Positions 26,201 through 41,200 of a stretch of DNA of 64,000 bases are shown here, in pieces (the stretch's first letter is position 1; each line of letters opens with the position of its first letter). The notes under the pieces are model-generated. The model did not search any database. It had not been told where the DNA came from and saw nothing but the letters and a program-made list of their open reading frames with translations. The stretch is from Callorhinchus milii (taxonomy: Eukaryota). Where the stretch lies: contig NW_024704742.1 in NCBI RefSeq assembly GCF_018977255.1, positions 103,728,001 to 103,792,000 on the forward strand. Reading direction: 5' to 3'. A program made the position numbers and the translations under genes.

Positions 26201-29200
26201 TGTCGTTATAATAATATTCTTAGTACTTGATGTAGCGCTTTCACGTCAGGACATCTCAAAATGCCTTCATAGAATTCACTGCAGTGATTGTGTACTTCGT
26301 AGGGAAACACACGTAACAATCGAAAACCTTTAGAACACAATGACTATTCAAAATAATTTAATTTAGGTATTACATCCACTACTCTTTTTGATATACATAA
26401 CTGACTTGGGTACAGAGAGCAACATTTTAAAGTTTGCAGATGACACAAATCTTGACAACATAGTAAACAGTGAGAAGGATAGTAGCAGACTACAGGAGGA
26501 CATAAACAAACAGGTGAAATGGGCAGCCACATGGCCGATGAAGTTTAATGCAGGGAAGTGTGAGGTGATATATTTGGGGAGGAAAAATGAGGAGAGGCAA
26601 TATACAACAAATGGTCATTTTAAAAGGGGCTACAGGAGCAGAGAAACTGGGAGTTCACATACTCAGGTCTTTGGATGTGGCAGGACAGGTTGATAAAGCT
26701 GTTAAAAAAAATGGGATCCTTGGCTTCATAAATAGAGGCAAAGGGTATAAAAGTACAAAACCAAGGAAGTTCTGCTAAACCACCTAACGTGGAAATGTCG
26801 ATGTATTGGAATGGAAGTTCTCCCTGCTTACATAATTCCAGAGAGTATATGGTGTAGGCTGTCAAGAGCCAAGGCTTGGGGACCCCAGAGTGTGCTTGGG
26901 ATCCTGTTGGAGTTTAACCAACTAAAATCACATTGTTTGGCATCGAAAGCACTGTCTTGCAAGCTTTCCCATTGCTTGTTGAGCTAGAACCATCCTACAC
27001 ATTGGGCTTCGGTTTGCCGGATCAAAGCTGTGAGCCAGAAAAGTGTGAACAGGGAGCTTCATATAGAACACAAGTCATTATGTTAGTCCTAACAGTACTT
27101 TTGCTATCTAAAGTACTGTGCCTGTGATTTCTCCATCTTGTCAGTTATTGTTACTAGAATTATTTAAATGTTAAACATGGTGAAGTAAGACGTGTACCAG
27201 TACACAAAAAACCTTGGTAGTGAAACAGTAAAACAGTAGTGTGTTTATATATATATACACACACCACTGCAAAAAATCTACATCTCTAACATTTTGAAAC
27301 AAATCTTTCTTGCAGGCTGCTTTCATCGAGGATGACTTTTTGTGACCGCAGAAGAAACTGTTTCCAGTAAATGGATATTACCAACATGGATCACCATAGA
27401 GGGAGTTTCTCTTGGAAAACAAATTATGAAGTGATTGAGAGCTTTGGTTCATTCTTGGAAAACAGTACTGGATGCGTTTTGGCTTGCTGTGAACATCCAA
27501 AGGATAATTATGTTGTTATGATTGGTGCCTACCTGTGGCTCTGAGCTGCCCCAGCAATTGCGTCCTCATGCCGATTATAATTTCCATTGTAGCTTGAGAG
27601 AGGAAATTTTTCTCGCAGAAAGCCCTTTCCCAACCATCACTTCGAGCCTTTTGCCAAGCCTAAAATGAATTATTGAAAAACTAAATACAAATAGAACTAT
27701 TATACTAACATCTATTTGTGGAGTTCTGTGGGTGGATTAAGTTTTTGCACATGAGCAGAACTCTCAAATCACGTGTTCAATACATAAATGGGACAGATCA
27801 AAGCAATGGACTCTTCAATTCTGCCCTTTCAACTCTGAAAGTGATGTTGCTTTCCTCAAAATATAAATGTAACACAAAATTCATACCAGCTTATAACAAT
27901 GAACTCCAAACATTCTGTTAATGCACAATCAGCAAATAGAATTTCAGGCTGCAAATAATGAATTATTCATCAATCATTCAAAAAAACTTGATCAGATTAT
28001 GACTAAATCTGTACAATCAGAATACTGTATATGTGAGGATTGTTTTAACATTTATAGAATTCAGTCAATTTTCTTTTCAGTTGCTACAACTGTAAAATTC
28101 AGTGTAAATTCATATTTTGGCATATAGTGGCCTTTTCAATAATTGCAGTTAAACATGCAAATTATATTTAAATTAAACGACATAGTTGCTACCTGTTAAA
28201 TGTTCGTTTTCTCAAATATACAAGAAATGAAAACAAGGAATGATGTGAAAAAAATGGTAATTTGATAGTTTTCAAGAATTAAGCCCTTGAGTATTTGAAC
28301 CCATTCCCAAATGGACACGTTACTGCATTAAAGAATTAAAAACTGACCTGGAAAGCTCTCAAAAGAGCCATGTGATCACTGAACGTCCCTGCAGCAAATC
28401 GCTTTCGACATAACATGGAAGCCCGCTTCTGTGAAGGTTGCATTGGTAGAACAAAGGGATCTCGATAGGCCAGAGTGCAGGCAATGGTGAGAATGGGATC
28501 AAGGCACTTCAAGACTACAGCACAAAGCACCATCTTGCCCAGGTGAGGTTCCACAGGAAGATCTGCTAAATGGTAGCCTAGTTCCGTTAGGTCTTCCCAG
28601 TTATCCATGGCATCTACAGTCTAGAACAACAGATTGTGCAAAAATTATGCATGATATTTTATTTTAAAACATTCCCATTTATAGGTGCTAAATGCTTCCT
28701 ACCTTGAGCATCGCAACGGCATTCCTAACAATAAGCGAAGGTGGGGGCTCCGGTGCTTTTGCAAGGAAATCTGCAATTGGACAATTGATTGGAGCCAGCA
28801 GTTTGGTATGCAAGCACAGTTCCTAGAAACACATGTATACACACACAGGTAAGTATATCAATAATCATTCACAATAGATTCAGAAAAGAAACTGCCTAAA
28901 CATATTTAACCACAACTCGCATTTATATATTGCCCCTCATGCAGGGTAGCGACAGAACGCTTAATATCCTATACTTCCTACAATCCTTACAATCATTGAG
29001 AGAAGCTTTCACTCCATTAATTTCAGGTGATGGAGCCAATCAATATGAAGTGCACAAGTTTTATACTTGCAGTATATATCTTGGACATTTTTGTTTTTAG
29101 TAATATCGTTCCGACAAAAATAATTGGGCAAAAATTAGGAACTGTGCAAGTTTCAAAGATGAGTCACAAGGACACTCAAAAATAAACAGCATCACTTCAT

Positions 29201-32200
29201 CATTTAGTCAGACATTATGGGTGGAGAATTAAAAACACTTGCAATAATCAATCACAAATCGGTATTAAGGGTGAGTGTTAATAAAGGAGGTCTGCACCTG
29301 CAGTGGCATCCGTAGTAACTCAGGAGTTTGGAACTCCAGCAGGTTTTGAAACCTTAATCTGCTAAACAGATGAAAACAGACTCCAGGTCGACAGCGTCCC
29401 GCTCTATTAAAACAAATAACCAAGAACATTACAAACACACACTCAACTTTGTTTTGGACAGAACAATTTGTTCTCAAAATTTGCCATTAGAGGGTATATT
29501 GGTAAAACAAACATTGTGTAAATCAATCAATATCAGTCAATTAATCAATTTAAGCACTTCGGGATGTCATGCTGACATGAAAGGTGGGAAATAGATGTTA
29601 ATTTATATTGTATATGACGAGAAGCAGATATTAATTTAACATTTGTAACTTTTCTGCATGAATTCAAAATGAATTTAAAATGTCAGTGTCCTACACATAT
29701 TTTTGACAGCAAAAAGACAATTGAAACAATTGCAAAATATTTTTCTTTCATTCATCTTATTAGATCCTTATTCCTAAGGAATGGTAACATGAACCATTCC
29801 TTAGGAGTAAGTGCAAACAAAATGTTCGCACGTAAGTCTGCCAAAAAAACTAACCCTAGAAACACAAGCAATAATTTAAAATGTTTCCTCCTTCTTGCAT
29901 GGTGAATTTGTATGCCTCTGCTCACCCACAGAATTTAGGCACCTCCAATTCATTCACAGGACAATTGAAATATGATGCTCATCATGTTGACTATTGTGAG
30001 TGAAAATCTACCCTCCAAAACAACATGAAGAGTCCATTAGTGTGCCAACAGGTTAGACTATCAGTTGGCTGACTCACTAATTCATCATTATTTTTCTGTG
30101 CTCATTCACCTCCACATTAGAAGGAGGAAGAGAAAGCTGGAAAATATATAATTGAGCAACATACCAAAACATAATCTTTATTCAAATCTTCAAGACTAAA
30201 ACATGACAAGTGTTACACATTCATTTTTAAAATAAAGATGTCATTCTGCAAATCAAAGCAGCTATCCAATAATTCAAGTCATTAATTAAAAAGTTTTTTT
30301 TAATTAAACAGTCATTCTTTTTTTTAACAACATCAATAAGAAATCAAATAGTGAGAGTCGAAAAAAAATTATGTATTATATGTAGAAAAGCTCAATTATT
30401 TCAGTATTAAAACATTCAAAGCCTATTTCTGGCTGCTGAGATGGATTTAAATGTTTCAAAAACACATCACAAAAATGGAGAAACCACTTTACCTTCCCTT
30501 CCTCTGGATAGCACTTGCTTTGGAAATCCACACCATTTTTAACATTGTGACATAATTCAGAGCATCAAACGACTTCTGCAAGATCAAAAACGACATTGAA
30601 ACATGTCAAATGATTCCAAGTTGATGCTTGTTTAAGGACTTTCTGAAATACACAGATTAAATTGGTCACTTCAATCCACGACTGTTAGTAGGACACTGCT
30701 GTACACAGTTTCGCCCACAAAATATACAGTCAATTCACTTTACAGTATATTCTGTGAAGAGCTTTGAGACATGTCAAAATACTTGATGAGGCGCTATATC
30801 AAATACAAGGATTATTATAAACGTTACCTCTTTCACTTTGCCAGAATCGATCACAAATACCACATCATTGACAGTAATACTAGTTTCTGCAATATTTGTG
30901 GAAAGAATCTGAAATAAAAGAAAAGAATCACCATTTCTGTATATATAAGAAAGATTAATATTACAATATTAATATTAGTTTCAAACTTACTATTTTACGA
31001 ATTCCACCTGGTAGAGTCTTTAACACTTTCTTTTGGTCAGATGTTTGCATGTTAGAATGAAGCATGAAAACCTGCAATCTAAAAGAAAAACAGATTATGC
31101 CTTTGCTTCAGATTTATAATAGTCATTGCATTTGTCACCTCTTTGAGATGTTTCGTCACACCGAAACATCTTAAAGAGCTTCACAGAGTTTTCTGTTAAG
31201 TGTAGTGACTGCGTATTTTACACTAATTCAGACTAAATCACACCTGCCACTTATCAATCAGCTACAACAATTTCAAATATTTTTTAAAATTCAATGGCAT
31301 TGTTTCTTATAATTGCTCAGATGTTTTAGTATCCAATTTTGTTGTGGACATGTCTGCAAAATCATTTATATGCAGTGTGTTTAAAATAGTAAAGATCACA
31401 GTGGAGACCCCTAGTTTCCAATGATTTCCTTACAATCGATGGTAAAACATACGTCCTAAGCATTTATTTTGACCTTTCAAAATAATAATCCTTGCATTTG
31501 ATATAGCGCTTTTCACATCTTCTCGACAAATCAAAGCGCTTCACAGAATAGACTGTAAAGTGAATTGACCGTATATTTGTGGGTGAAACGCGGCAGCCAA
31601 TTGCGCACAGCAGTGTCCCACAAACAGTCGTGGATTGAAAATGACCAATTTATTATTGGTTTTTTTTGGAGGGATTATTGTTAGGCGTGTGGAGTAAGGA
31701 AACTTGCCCAAGGTTTCACTCTGACTGGAATTGAACCCAGGTGTCTCGCTTGCAAGGCGAGTGCTCTAACCACTGAGCTACAGGACTCCATGTAATGGAG
31801 GACTCCAAAGTAATGGATAATGTTAGCTATCCAGTTAGTTATCCAACTTCTTTACTTTAATAACTGCTATCCTATCTAGAACTACTGTACATCTTCTATG
31901 GGCATTCTGTCCAATCCCAAATAAAGGTTAAAAAGAACAAATATACCTCTAATATATAACGTGAATACATCTTCAGCTTTCACATAAATTGTACAAATGA
32001 CACATTTTTGGAACTTACTTGTGAGAATTATCTGCAAATCTTTTGTCATCATAGAGAATACGATCACGGAGTCCTACAATTTCATCATAGCCAGGCAAAA
32101 AAATTAACACTGCACCTGCAAAAACAGGTTTAAAAAATGCACATCCATTTTAGAACACAATAATGTATTTTACAACTGAACTAGGTAACATTTAAATCCT

Positions 32201-35200
32201 ATATAAAGTAAATATACAACGTATAAGAGTACTGTTTAACAGCAGAGAGCTTTAAGATTGCTTTCACCATCCACTTTTTTCCCCAGTCACAAACCACCTC
32301 CCAGGCCTCTCTCTATCTATTGCGCTCAGGTCAATTTTAGGAGGTGCAATAGCGTAGCTCAGCAAACTAGATACTAATTTATTTTCAACACATCATTCAA
32401 GCCTTGTCTAATGTGCCTATATTTGGAACAAAATTTTATTGCCAACTTTCTTTAACTTATGTCTAAATAGATTTGAATAGACCATAATTAGACCACCTTT
32501 ATTCATTTATTGGGTGCAAGTTATTAACTGTAGTTAAAAAATATAATTTGGCATACTGAAGCATATAGATCAATAAGGTCTCAGATTTCATTCCTAGTTC
32601 TGCTGAGTTAGATGTTTCCAAAATAATGATAACCTTTACAAGTTTATTGCTATTCATTAAGACCCAATAATATTCAGGCTTGCTAGTTTCTAGACACATC
32701 TATACCTCCATATCTAATTGATGAGGCAGACAAGGTGGTCAATGGCCAATGTCTTAAAGTATTTCCTGAATTTAAGCCTTATCCATTGTATTACCTCAAC
32801 AGGTGTGTAGCAGCTTATCTTAACCACAAAGCCATCTAACTGATTTCAAAGTATCAGTAGCAGTGTTACAATAAGACTATAGCGATGCCCGCCTAAAAAA
32901 TGGCTAAAAAAAATTGTTTCCCCCAAGTGCTGTATACACTGACTGGGAAGGATAGTGGTACCCTCTAAACCAAGTAATAGAAGGTAAGGGGAGTGGCTGA
33001 AGATGGCCTTTTTTTAAAAAAAAAGGATTTAATGGAAAACTACATATTTTTAAAAGCAGAAGATTTTAAAACTGACATGGTTCCATTTGAACACAACAGA
33101 GCAGGCATATTCAGACATTTTTTTTTCCTGTTCATATGTATTCAGCCCAGAATAAATGGCTAAATGGACATTTATAGTTTAGATGCAGGAAATTCAGATC
33201 AGAAAGGTGAAATTGCATTGTATAAAGTTAAGCACAATGAATAATAAACTGAATTTTAAAATAGAGATTCAAAGACATTTTCAAATACAATATCTATTTA
33301 CCATCATCAGAGCTCTGAAAGATGTTATAAAGAAGATGCATTATTAGATCAAGGTCAACTTTCTCATCATCAAAGCTGTGGTGGTAAACACTTAGAATCT
33401 CTTTTTCTTCTTGACTCAGCTCTCCACCGTCTGATTGTACCAGAATGCTCTCATCCAAATTTCCTACTTCCACTGCAGAGCTTTTGCACAAAATGAGAAG
33501 AAAACATTATGAGCTGCTTAGTATTATAAACGTTAAATATTATTGAAACCACAGCATATTTCACATCTTGTACTTGTGTCAGTTGGAACTTGGTGGCATA
33601 GATCTTTTCACATTGTGTGTATCTGAAAGTATAATACAATAGAAAGCTGCAGAACTTTACACTAATTATCCATATGTCACATTATATGCACTGAGCTCTA
33701 AAGTAGAAGTGAGACCGACAAAACAAAATGTTAGTTGCCGCATGCAGCACAGGTCCCTTGATACACTCGCACTATCACTGCTCTTACTTGGACGCTGGCT
33801 GGCTTGAGTATAAGATGTTACACTGGAAGACAATTCTCTTTCAAGGTCGTAGCTAAAGCACATTATTGGGATGGATAGGGAAATGAGAGGAGTTTGTTGC
33901 TAATGCTATAGGTATGAAAGCAGGAAAGTGATCCATTTCCCAATACCAACATTCATTACTTTTTTTTAAAAAATTAATCCCCAAAAGGGAAGAAAAACCA
34001 TCTCAAAACAAAGATATTTTTGAATATATATTTATGTAGCAATGACTAATTTTCCTCAATTACTACTTCTGTACTTACTTGAAGGATTCTAGAAGATCTA
34101 CAATGTCAGACTGGCCAAAGCGTTTAGCCCAGTCCAAAGCTGTCCTAGAAATAGTCAATGAAAGATATGTAATTTACATAATTGAAATAATGAAACAAAG
34201 TTCTGTAGATTTAGCTTCATGTTTTTTTCTACCAAAGTATTTTAACTTTTTAAAAGTCAAAGCCTTTCAATGTACTTTCATTAAAGGACGCGCTGTTTCA
34301 AAATCGCAATGTAAGCAGCGATTCACAACAAAGTAAAAAGTCCAATTTGCACTCGATCTGTAATCAATTCAAATAAATATCATGGACTCTGGGTGTCTTG
34401 TCTAGCTGATTAAGACCTATAATACTCTTGCGCACCAGGCTCCATGACCCCATCACTCCCACCCTTGCCCGACTCCATCCTTCAAAGGATTGAATTCAAG
34501 ATCCTCGTCTTAACTTTCAAGGCCATCCATGGCCTTTGCCCCCTTCTACTCTCTGACCTGCTGACTCCCTACCAACCTACCCGCTCCCTCCATTCAGCGG
34601 GCTCCGGCCTGCTCCATATCTTCTACCCGACCCGCCCTCCCACGAAAGGCGCTCTATAAATGTAATTTGTTGTTGTTGTACTAGTAACAGGTTTTAAAAT
34701 GGTAAATTTACGCTAGATTACATAAAACATATTTAAGAGAATTTATTTTTAAGTAGAGTTCAAATTCATTTGTATCCACTGATGCACTGCCAAAATGACC
34801 AGCTCAGCGCGATCTCACCCACTGGCCTTAATCACACCTTTGTTTTTTGCATCACACTATTCAACTCCAATTAATATTTTGCTAATCAGAGTAATTCACA
34901 AGCAGCATGGTATAAGTAAATATTCTTACCAGCCATTTGAAGCCTTAACACTGACATTTGCTCCCATGCTGAGTAGCTGTTCTACTTGACTGAGGAAGCC
35001 TCTGCCCGCAGCTATCATCAGTGGAGCAGCACTGGTTTCACTGTGTCTATAATCAACTGAACACAAAAATACACTTTTGGCATAGTTATAGAATTGTGAA
35101 AGCACCCAGATTCCAGCTATGTTATGCATGTCATCAAAAATAAGTATAACAGTTAAACCTTCAATAAGGTACTCAATACATCAATTCTTCTTATTCACCA

Positions 35201-38200
35201 ATTTTAAAAGAACTATCAAATTAAAAATTATATTTTACCAAAAGAAATCATAGTATGCAGAGCTAACTCACCGCTGACATTTTCACTTAAAATAAGATGA
35301 AACAGTTGGGCAAAAGCATCAATATCTTTACGCAGCCAGATATCTGAGAGACAGGCATCCATTTCCTTTACAAGCCAAGGTTCAAGTGAGTTAACATCTT
35401 TTTCATTCTGTGAAGCAAACCAAAATAAATGAAGAAAACTCTTTTATGATTAAAAGTACAAGTGTGTGAACTAAAGGCAGAAACAAATTCACCGTGGCCA
35501 CTCTGTGATGCAGTTTTGAAAATTTAATACAAACTTATACATCCTAATGTATACATTCCAATGTATCGGGAAAGTAGAACAACAACAAATTACAATTGAT
35601 TAGAGGCCTTCACATCAGAAAGACGTCCCAGGGTGCTGGATAGTCAGGAGATTTTGGACCTGAGCTGGGATTTGGGGTCAGGAGGAGTGGACAGCAGGGA
35701 GGGTGGCCAAAGGTACCATCGAAGAGGAAGGTCTTTAACCGGGACTTGAAGAAAGCAAGAGAGGGGATGAGGCGGACGGATTCCGGGATAGAGTTCCAGA
35801 GTGTGGGGGCAGAGATGCTGAATGCCCAACCGTCAATGATGGGGCGGGAAGTGCAGGGGACCTGAAGCAGACCAGTGTCCGCCAAGTAAAGGGAGAGTAC
35901 AGGCTGATATGGCGTTAGGAGGTTGGAGAGGTAGGGGGAACCAAGACGGTGGAGCACTTTGAAGGTAAGATCAAGGGTTTTGCACTCAATTCTCTGAGGG
36001 ATGGGGAGCGGGTGAAGCCGGTAAGAACGGAGGCAACCGGTTCACGGTAAGTTGGATCTCCTTAGCGACAGGATGGCTCCAAGATGAGAAGCCTAACAAT
36101 AAGAGAGCATTGCTAAGTAATAGTGAACATGGCGATCAGTTTCCTGAGTTAAGCAGATTTGCATTACACATGGGCACTGTTGATGATCGAAGAGAACAGT
36201 TAAGACAAGAAATGACTGGAGAAGGGCAACCCAGAGCAGTCTCTGAAACATGGAATTCAGGGTTCAAAGTTAATATCTGCATTGTGTTGTTAAGTCAGGG
36301 AAGGCCTGAACATCTTTCAACAGAGCCACCACTAGATACAAGTCAAATAGAACCTTCAACTAGAAGATGTGAATGAATTCCAATCGTGACTGGTGTTTCT
36401 CGTGGATAAAAAAAAACTTCCACAGGACCTTTCATATAGCAGAAAGTACTTCACAGAAATGATAGGATCCACCAAGCAGGGAGGAGAGTTAGGAGAATTT
36501 ATTAGTGTTGACCGAATGTACACAAAAAGATTTTTTTTAAAGAGGATTTGAAGTCAGAGAGAAAAAGAAAGAAAATTTGGGGAAGAATTTTGGACTGCAG
36601 AGCTTTAGTGGCTAAAGACTCCATCATCAATGGTAAAGCAAAGGGAGTGCAGAACATGTAGGGATTGAGATGGAAAAGCAGAAAGCATAGGCAAGAAAAT
36701 AGGGCTGGAGAGATAAGTAGGGAGGCACCCTGACAAGGATGGTGTTATTGGGGGTACAGAGATTAGTATGGGAGAGAATACCTGCTGTAGTTTTCAACTA
36801 ATGTGGAGCTAGTGTGGGTGGGAGGAGGGGGTGGAGCTAGGAAGGCGAGTGAAGAGAGCATTGGAGAATGCAAGTACAATGGGTTTCAGCAACCAAAAGA
36901 GTGAAATTATGGACGCAAAAGGTGATGGAAGAAACTGTTTTTTGTCAATATCTGACATAGTGTTCTTTTTTTGGTCCACCGGGGGTCAACAACATGTGGA
37001 AAACCATCACCAAGCATAAAAGTCAACATTTTGGTCAAGGAGTAGATAAATGTCTCATCCTAGACATTTGCAGCTCATCTCTTCTCTAGCTGACCAAGAA
37101 TTAATAAAAATGTCTGCAAACTGATTTTTTTAAATGTGTATATAAGATGGTCAGTCTAAGCTCGCAAACAAAGTGTAGTAGGTCAAATTGGAAAATCACA
37201 GAACAGAAAATGACAAAACTACAAAAGGTATCACGATTTGAAAAGTTGAAAATGTAATTAGTTAAATTACCAGTTGACTGAATACACTGTCTCCACCATC
37301 ATCGAGCAAATCATTTTCTGCCATTAGGTTTGGAATAAATCTTTGCCTTTGGGACTCTGATCTGCTACTCTCCTTAGCTTTATACCACTCACTCAGGTTT
37401 GTTTGTTGCTTCTCCTCTGAGAAAATAAAGCATAATCAATTAATTATTCTTAACAAATAAACTACTTTTAACTTACAAAGGAAATATATTCTGGAAAACA
37501 ATTTTCCTTAAAGTTTAGTGAAATGCTAACTCCTACAAATGAGTGATTTTTTGGCAGTCATGCGTCCACATTTTAACTGGGGACATTTAACAATCGGAAG
37601 CGATCAGCTGAGCTCACATATTAAGCCTAAGTTTGTTGGCAATCAGCTTTTAAAAGCACGGACTTGCACTGATCGCACCATAAATACTGGCAATGTGAAC
37701 TCTATATTCTAGAATGGGTTATTTTTCACGTGTGTGCTAGTTATTTGCTATAATGCAGACTACCACTAGTTCTAGATACTCTAATAATTAGATCATGTAA
37801 AATTATTCTCACCTATCCCCCATTTTTAAAAGTTTAGTTGCTGAAGTGTTTAGATCATAATAATAATCCTTGCATTTAACGAATCGCCTTTCACATTGGA
37901 CAACGTCTCAAAGTGCTTCACTACTGTAAAGTTTAGTCATTGTGTATTTTGCAAGCAAACATGGCAGCCAATTTCCACACTTAATGTCCCACAAATAGCT
38001 ATGAGCTGACAACCAATTTTATCCCTGGGATCATTGGCCAGGACATTTCTCTTTAGAATAGTGCCATGGAATCTTTCATATCCACTTGAACTAGCAGAAC
38101 AGACCTCAGTTTATATCTCAGCCAAAGGTCGGCACCAACGATACAGTGCTTCCCCAGCACAGTATCAAGGGAGTATCAGTTTAGACTGAGTTCTAAGTCT

Positions 38201-41200
38201 CAACATGGGACCTGAACTCACAACTTTCTGATTGAGAGGCAAGAGTGCCACCAACAGAGCCAGGCAGATATCTAAAGTTCAGTCATTCCACATAACATGG
38301 GGTTTAATCAAAGGTATTACATTTTAAAATAAAGTGGCAACAAAGACTCTGTGATGCAAGGATGAGGGCTATTTGAACTCACCTCGTTGTTTCTCTTTTT
38401 TGTATTTGGACATTTCTTTGTTTGTGTATCCAGTAGAACGTAGGATGTCTTCTAAAAAGAGTTCCTTTACTTCAAATGGCCGTCCTTGAACTTATAAAAA
38501 AAAAAGCACCAAATATTAAAATACAAAGTTCAATCTATTATGCTCTAAAGTATTTGAGGTCCACTCTGTAAATTATACACACATTCTGTAAATACACATT
38601 TTTCCTTATCCCTTTATGATTTTTTCTAGGTCAGGCGAGTGGTTGACATGTGGAAACCCATCACCACGATGAAGAATATCCAAACCAGACAGAGTTCCAC
38701 GTGAGCGAGCCATCTACACTTTATTTCTGTGTCTGAAATGAAATGTGGACTCTCTCCCCAGACAGATGCACCCTGCTAACCTAATTACGGAAAGTATTTG
38801 GCACAGGTTGACAAGAGTTAAGTCTTAGAGTCCCCAAGTTCAACCAACTAAAACCACATTGCTTGCCAGTGAGAGCAGTCTGGCAAGCTTCCCACCACTT
38901 GTCCATCTAGTACAACACCCTACCAGTAAATATTTTAGCTTACAGGGTTAATAGGAGCCAAATGGGATGAATCTCTGTCCCTACCATGCTGGCTAGACTG
39001 GTAAGGCACTGCAGATCCCCTGGCTCTCGAACCAAATCGCTGAGACCATCACAGAGAGTCAACTCGGTTCCATTACATTCTGTTGCCATACAACACCCTA
39101 CCAGTAAATATTTTAGCTTACAGGGTTAATAGGAGCCAAATGGGATGAATCTCTGTCCCTACCATGCTGGCTAGACTGGTAAGGCACTGCAGATCCACTG
39201 GCTCTCGAACCAAATCGCTGAGACCATCACAGAGAGTCAACTCGGTTCCATTACATTCTGTTGCCATACAAGTCACTTGAAGCCAGTTCAGCTGCAAGGA
39301 GACCCCAATTACTAATATTTCCTCTCCTGGCAAGTATCTGGGGAGGGATTTTAATTTCTGTACACCTAACCCCCAAGTTAGCTCTCAATAGATGTTTTTA
39401 TTCTATGAAAATACTGCTTCACTGAAATGCTTGTGAAACAATTATATGTGATATAATTCATCTTTCTCCCTTGGCAAAGCAAATATCACAAAAGAAAACT
39501 TACCTAAAGGCAGACTGACAGTGAACAGATATTGAAGATCAGTTTTCACTTACTGTAAATGATCGGGCAGCCAGTAAAGTATCTGACAAAGAGATTAACA
39601 TCCAGAGCTGCACTAGAGAGAACAAGCCTAAGACATGGGTGTTTCTGGATCAGGTCCCTCAGCTTCGTCAATAAGAAATCACTAAAGCAGTCCCGCTCAT
39701 GCACTTCATCCTGTCACAAATGAAATAGGAGGAAAAAGGATGTTTTCTTAAGTGTTTTTACTGTATTTAATAAAATAAATATAATACAGTATCCAAGTCA
39801 GCTAGACAGTGTACAACCTGAATATTAATCACTACTATTAACTCTACTCATTTGATTCAGGAGGTGAATAAACTCAAAATCTCCCAGAAAGAGAAGGCTA
39901 CATTTTTAAATGAATTAAAGTACAGTAATGGAAGTAGGTTTCATCTTTTTGTTTCATACTATTTTGTTTCCTCAAATAAACAAAAAAACCCTGCTACTTT
40001 CTGATCAGTTCACGGACTTTCGATATTGCAACTACCTAAAGAAACCGCCTTCAGAATGTTCACCCACAAAATATAGTCACTCCACTCTCCAAAATATCCT
40101 GCAAAGCAGTTTGAGACATCCTCCTGATGTGAAAAGCACTATATCAAATGAAAGGTATTTTTTAAACCAATGAAATCAGTGATATTGTGTTTTGCTGTGA
40201 GTGATTATGCTAAGGAACCAAGTCAAAGAAATGACATTTGAGATGCCTAAGCCCAGGTATGGTCCCCCATACATGTGGAACTTCAGGAGACATCATCCGC
40301 AGACATGGGGTAAATTTCCACATGTATGCGGATGACACCCAACTCTATCTCTCTGCCTCCACCCTCAACTCCAGGATTACTGGCATCCTGACCGACTGCC
40401 TGTCTGACATCAAGTCCTGGATGAGAGACAACTTTCTCCAACTCAACGTCAGCAAGACCAAGGCCCTCCTGATTGGCTCACGCCAGCGCCTCTGCACCTC
40501 GGGTGCTGGCAGCATCAGCCTCCACGGCTGCACACTCAACCTCACTAAGTCAGTCAAGAACCTGGGTGTCTTGTTTGACCCTGAAGCGTCCTTTCTCCCC
40601 CACATCCGCGCCATGACTGGCACTGCCTACCACCACCGCCTACCACCACCTCCGCAACATTGCCAGACTCCGCCATTGCCTCACCCCTCAGGCTGCCGAA
40701 ACCCTCACCCACGCATTCGTCACCTCAAGGCTCGATTATAGGAACTCCCTCCTCATCGGCCTTCCCAACTCTTCCCTTCACAAGCTGCAGATCATCCAAA
40801 ACTCTGCAGCTCGTGTACTCTCGCACACCAGGCTCCACGACCCCATCACTCCCACCCTCGCCCGACTCCACTGGCTCCCCATCCCCCAGAGGATCGAGTT
40901 CAAGATCCTCGTCCTCACTTTCAAGGCTATCCATGACCTTGCCCCCTCCTACGTCTCTGAACTGCTGATTCCCTTCCAACCTGCCCGCTCCCTCCTTTCA
41001 GCGGGCTCCGGTCTGCTCCATGTCTCCCGCCCGACCCGCCTTACCATCGGTGGCCGGGCTTTCAGCCTCTCTGCCCCCACACTCTGGAACTCCATCCCAC
41101 AGTGCCTTTGCCTCGCTTCCTCCCTTGCCTCCTTCAAGGCCGGTCTCAAGACCCTGCCTTCCCTCACCCCTACACCACCCCACCCACATGCTCGGGCCCT

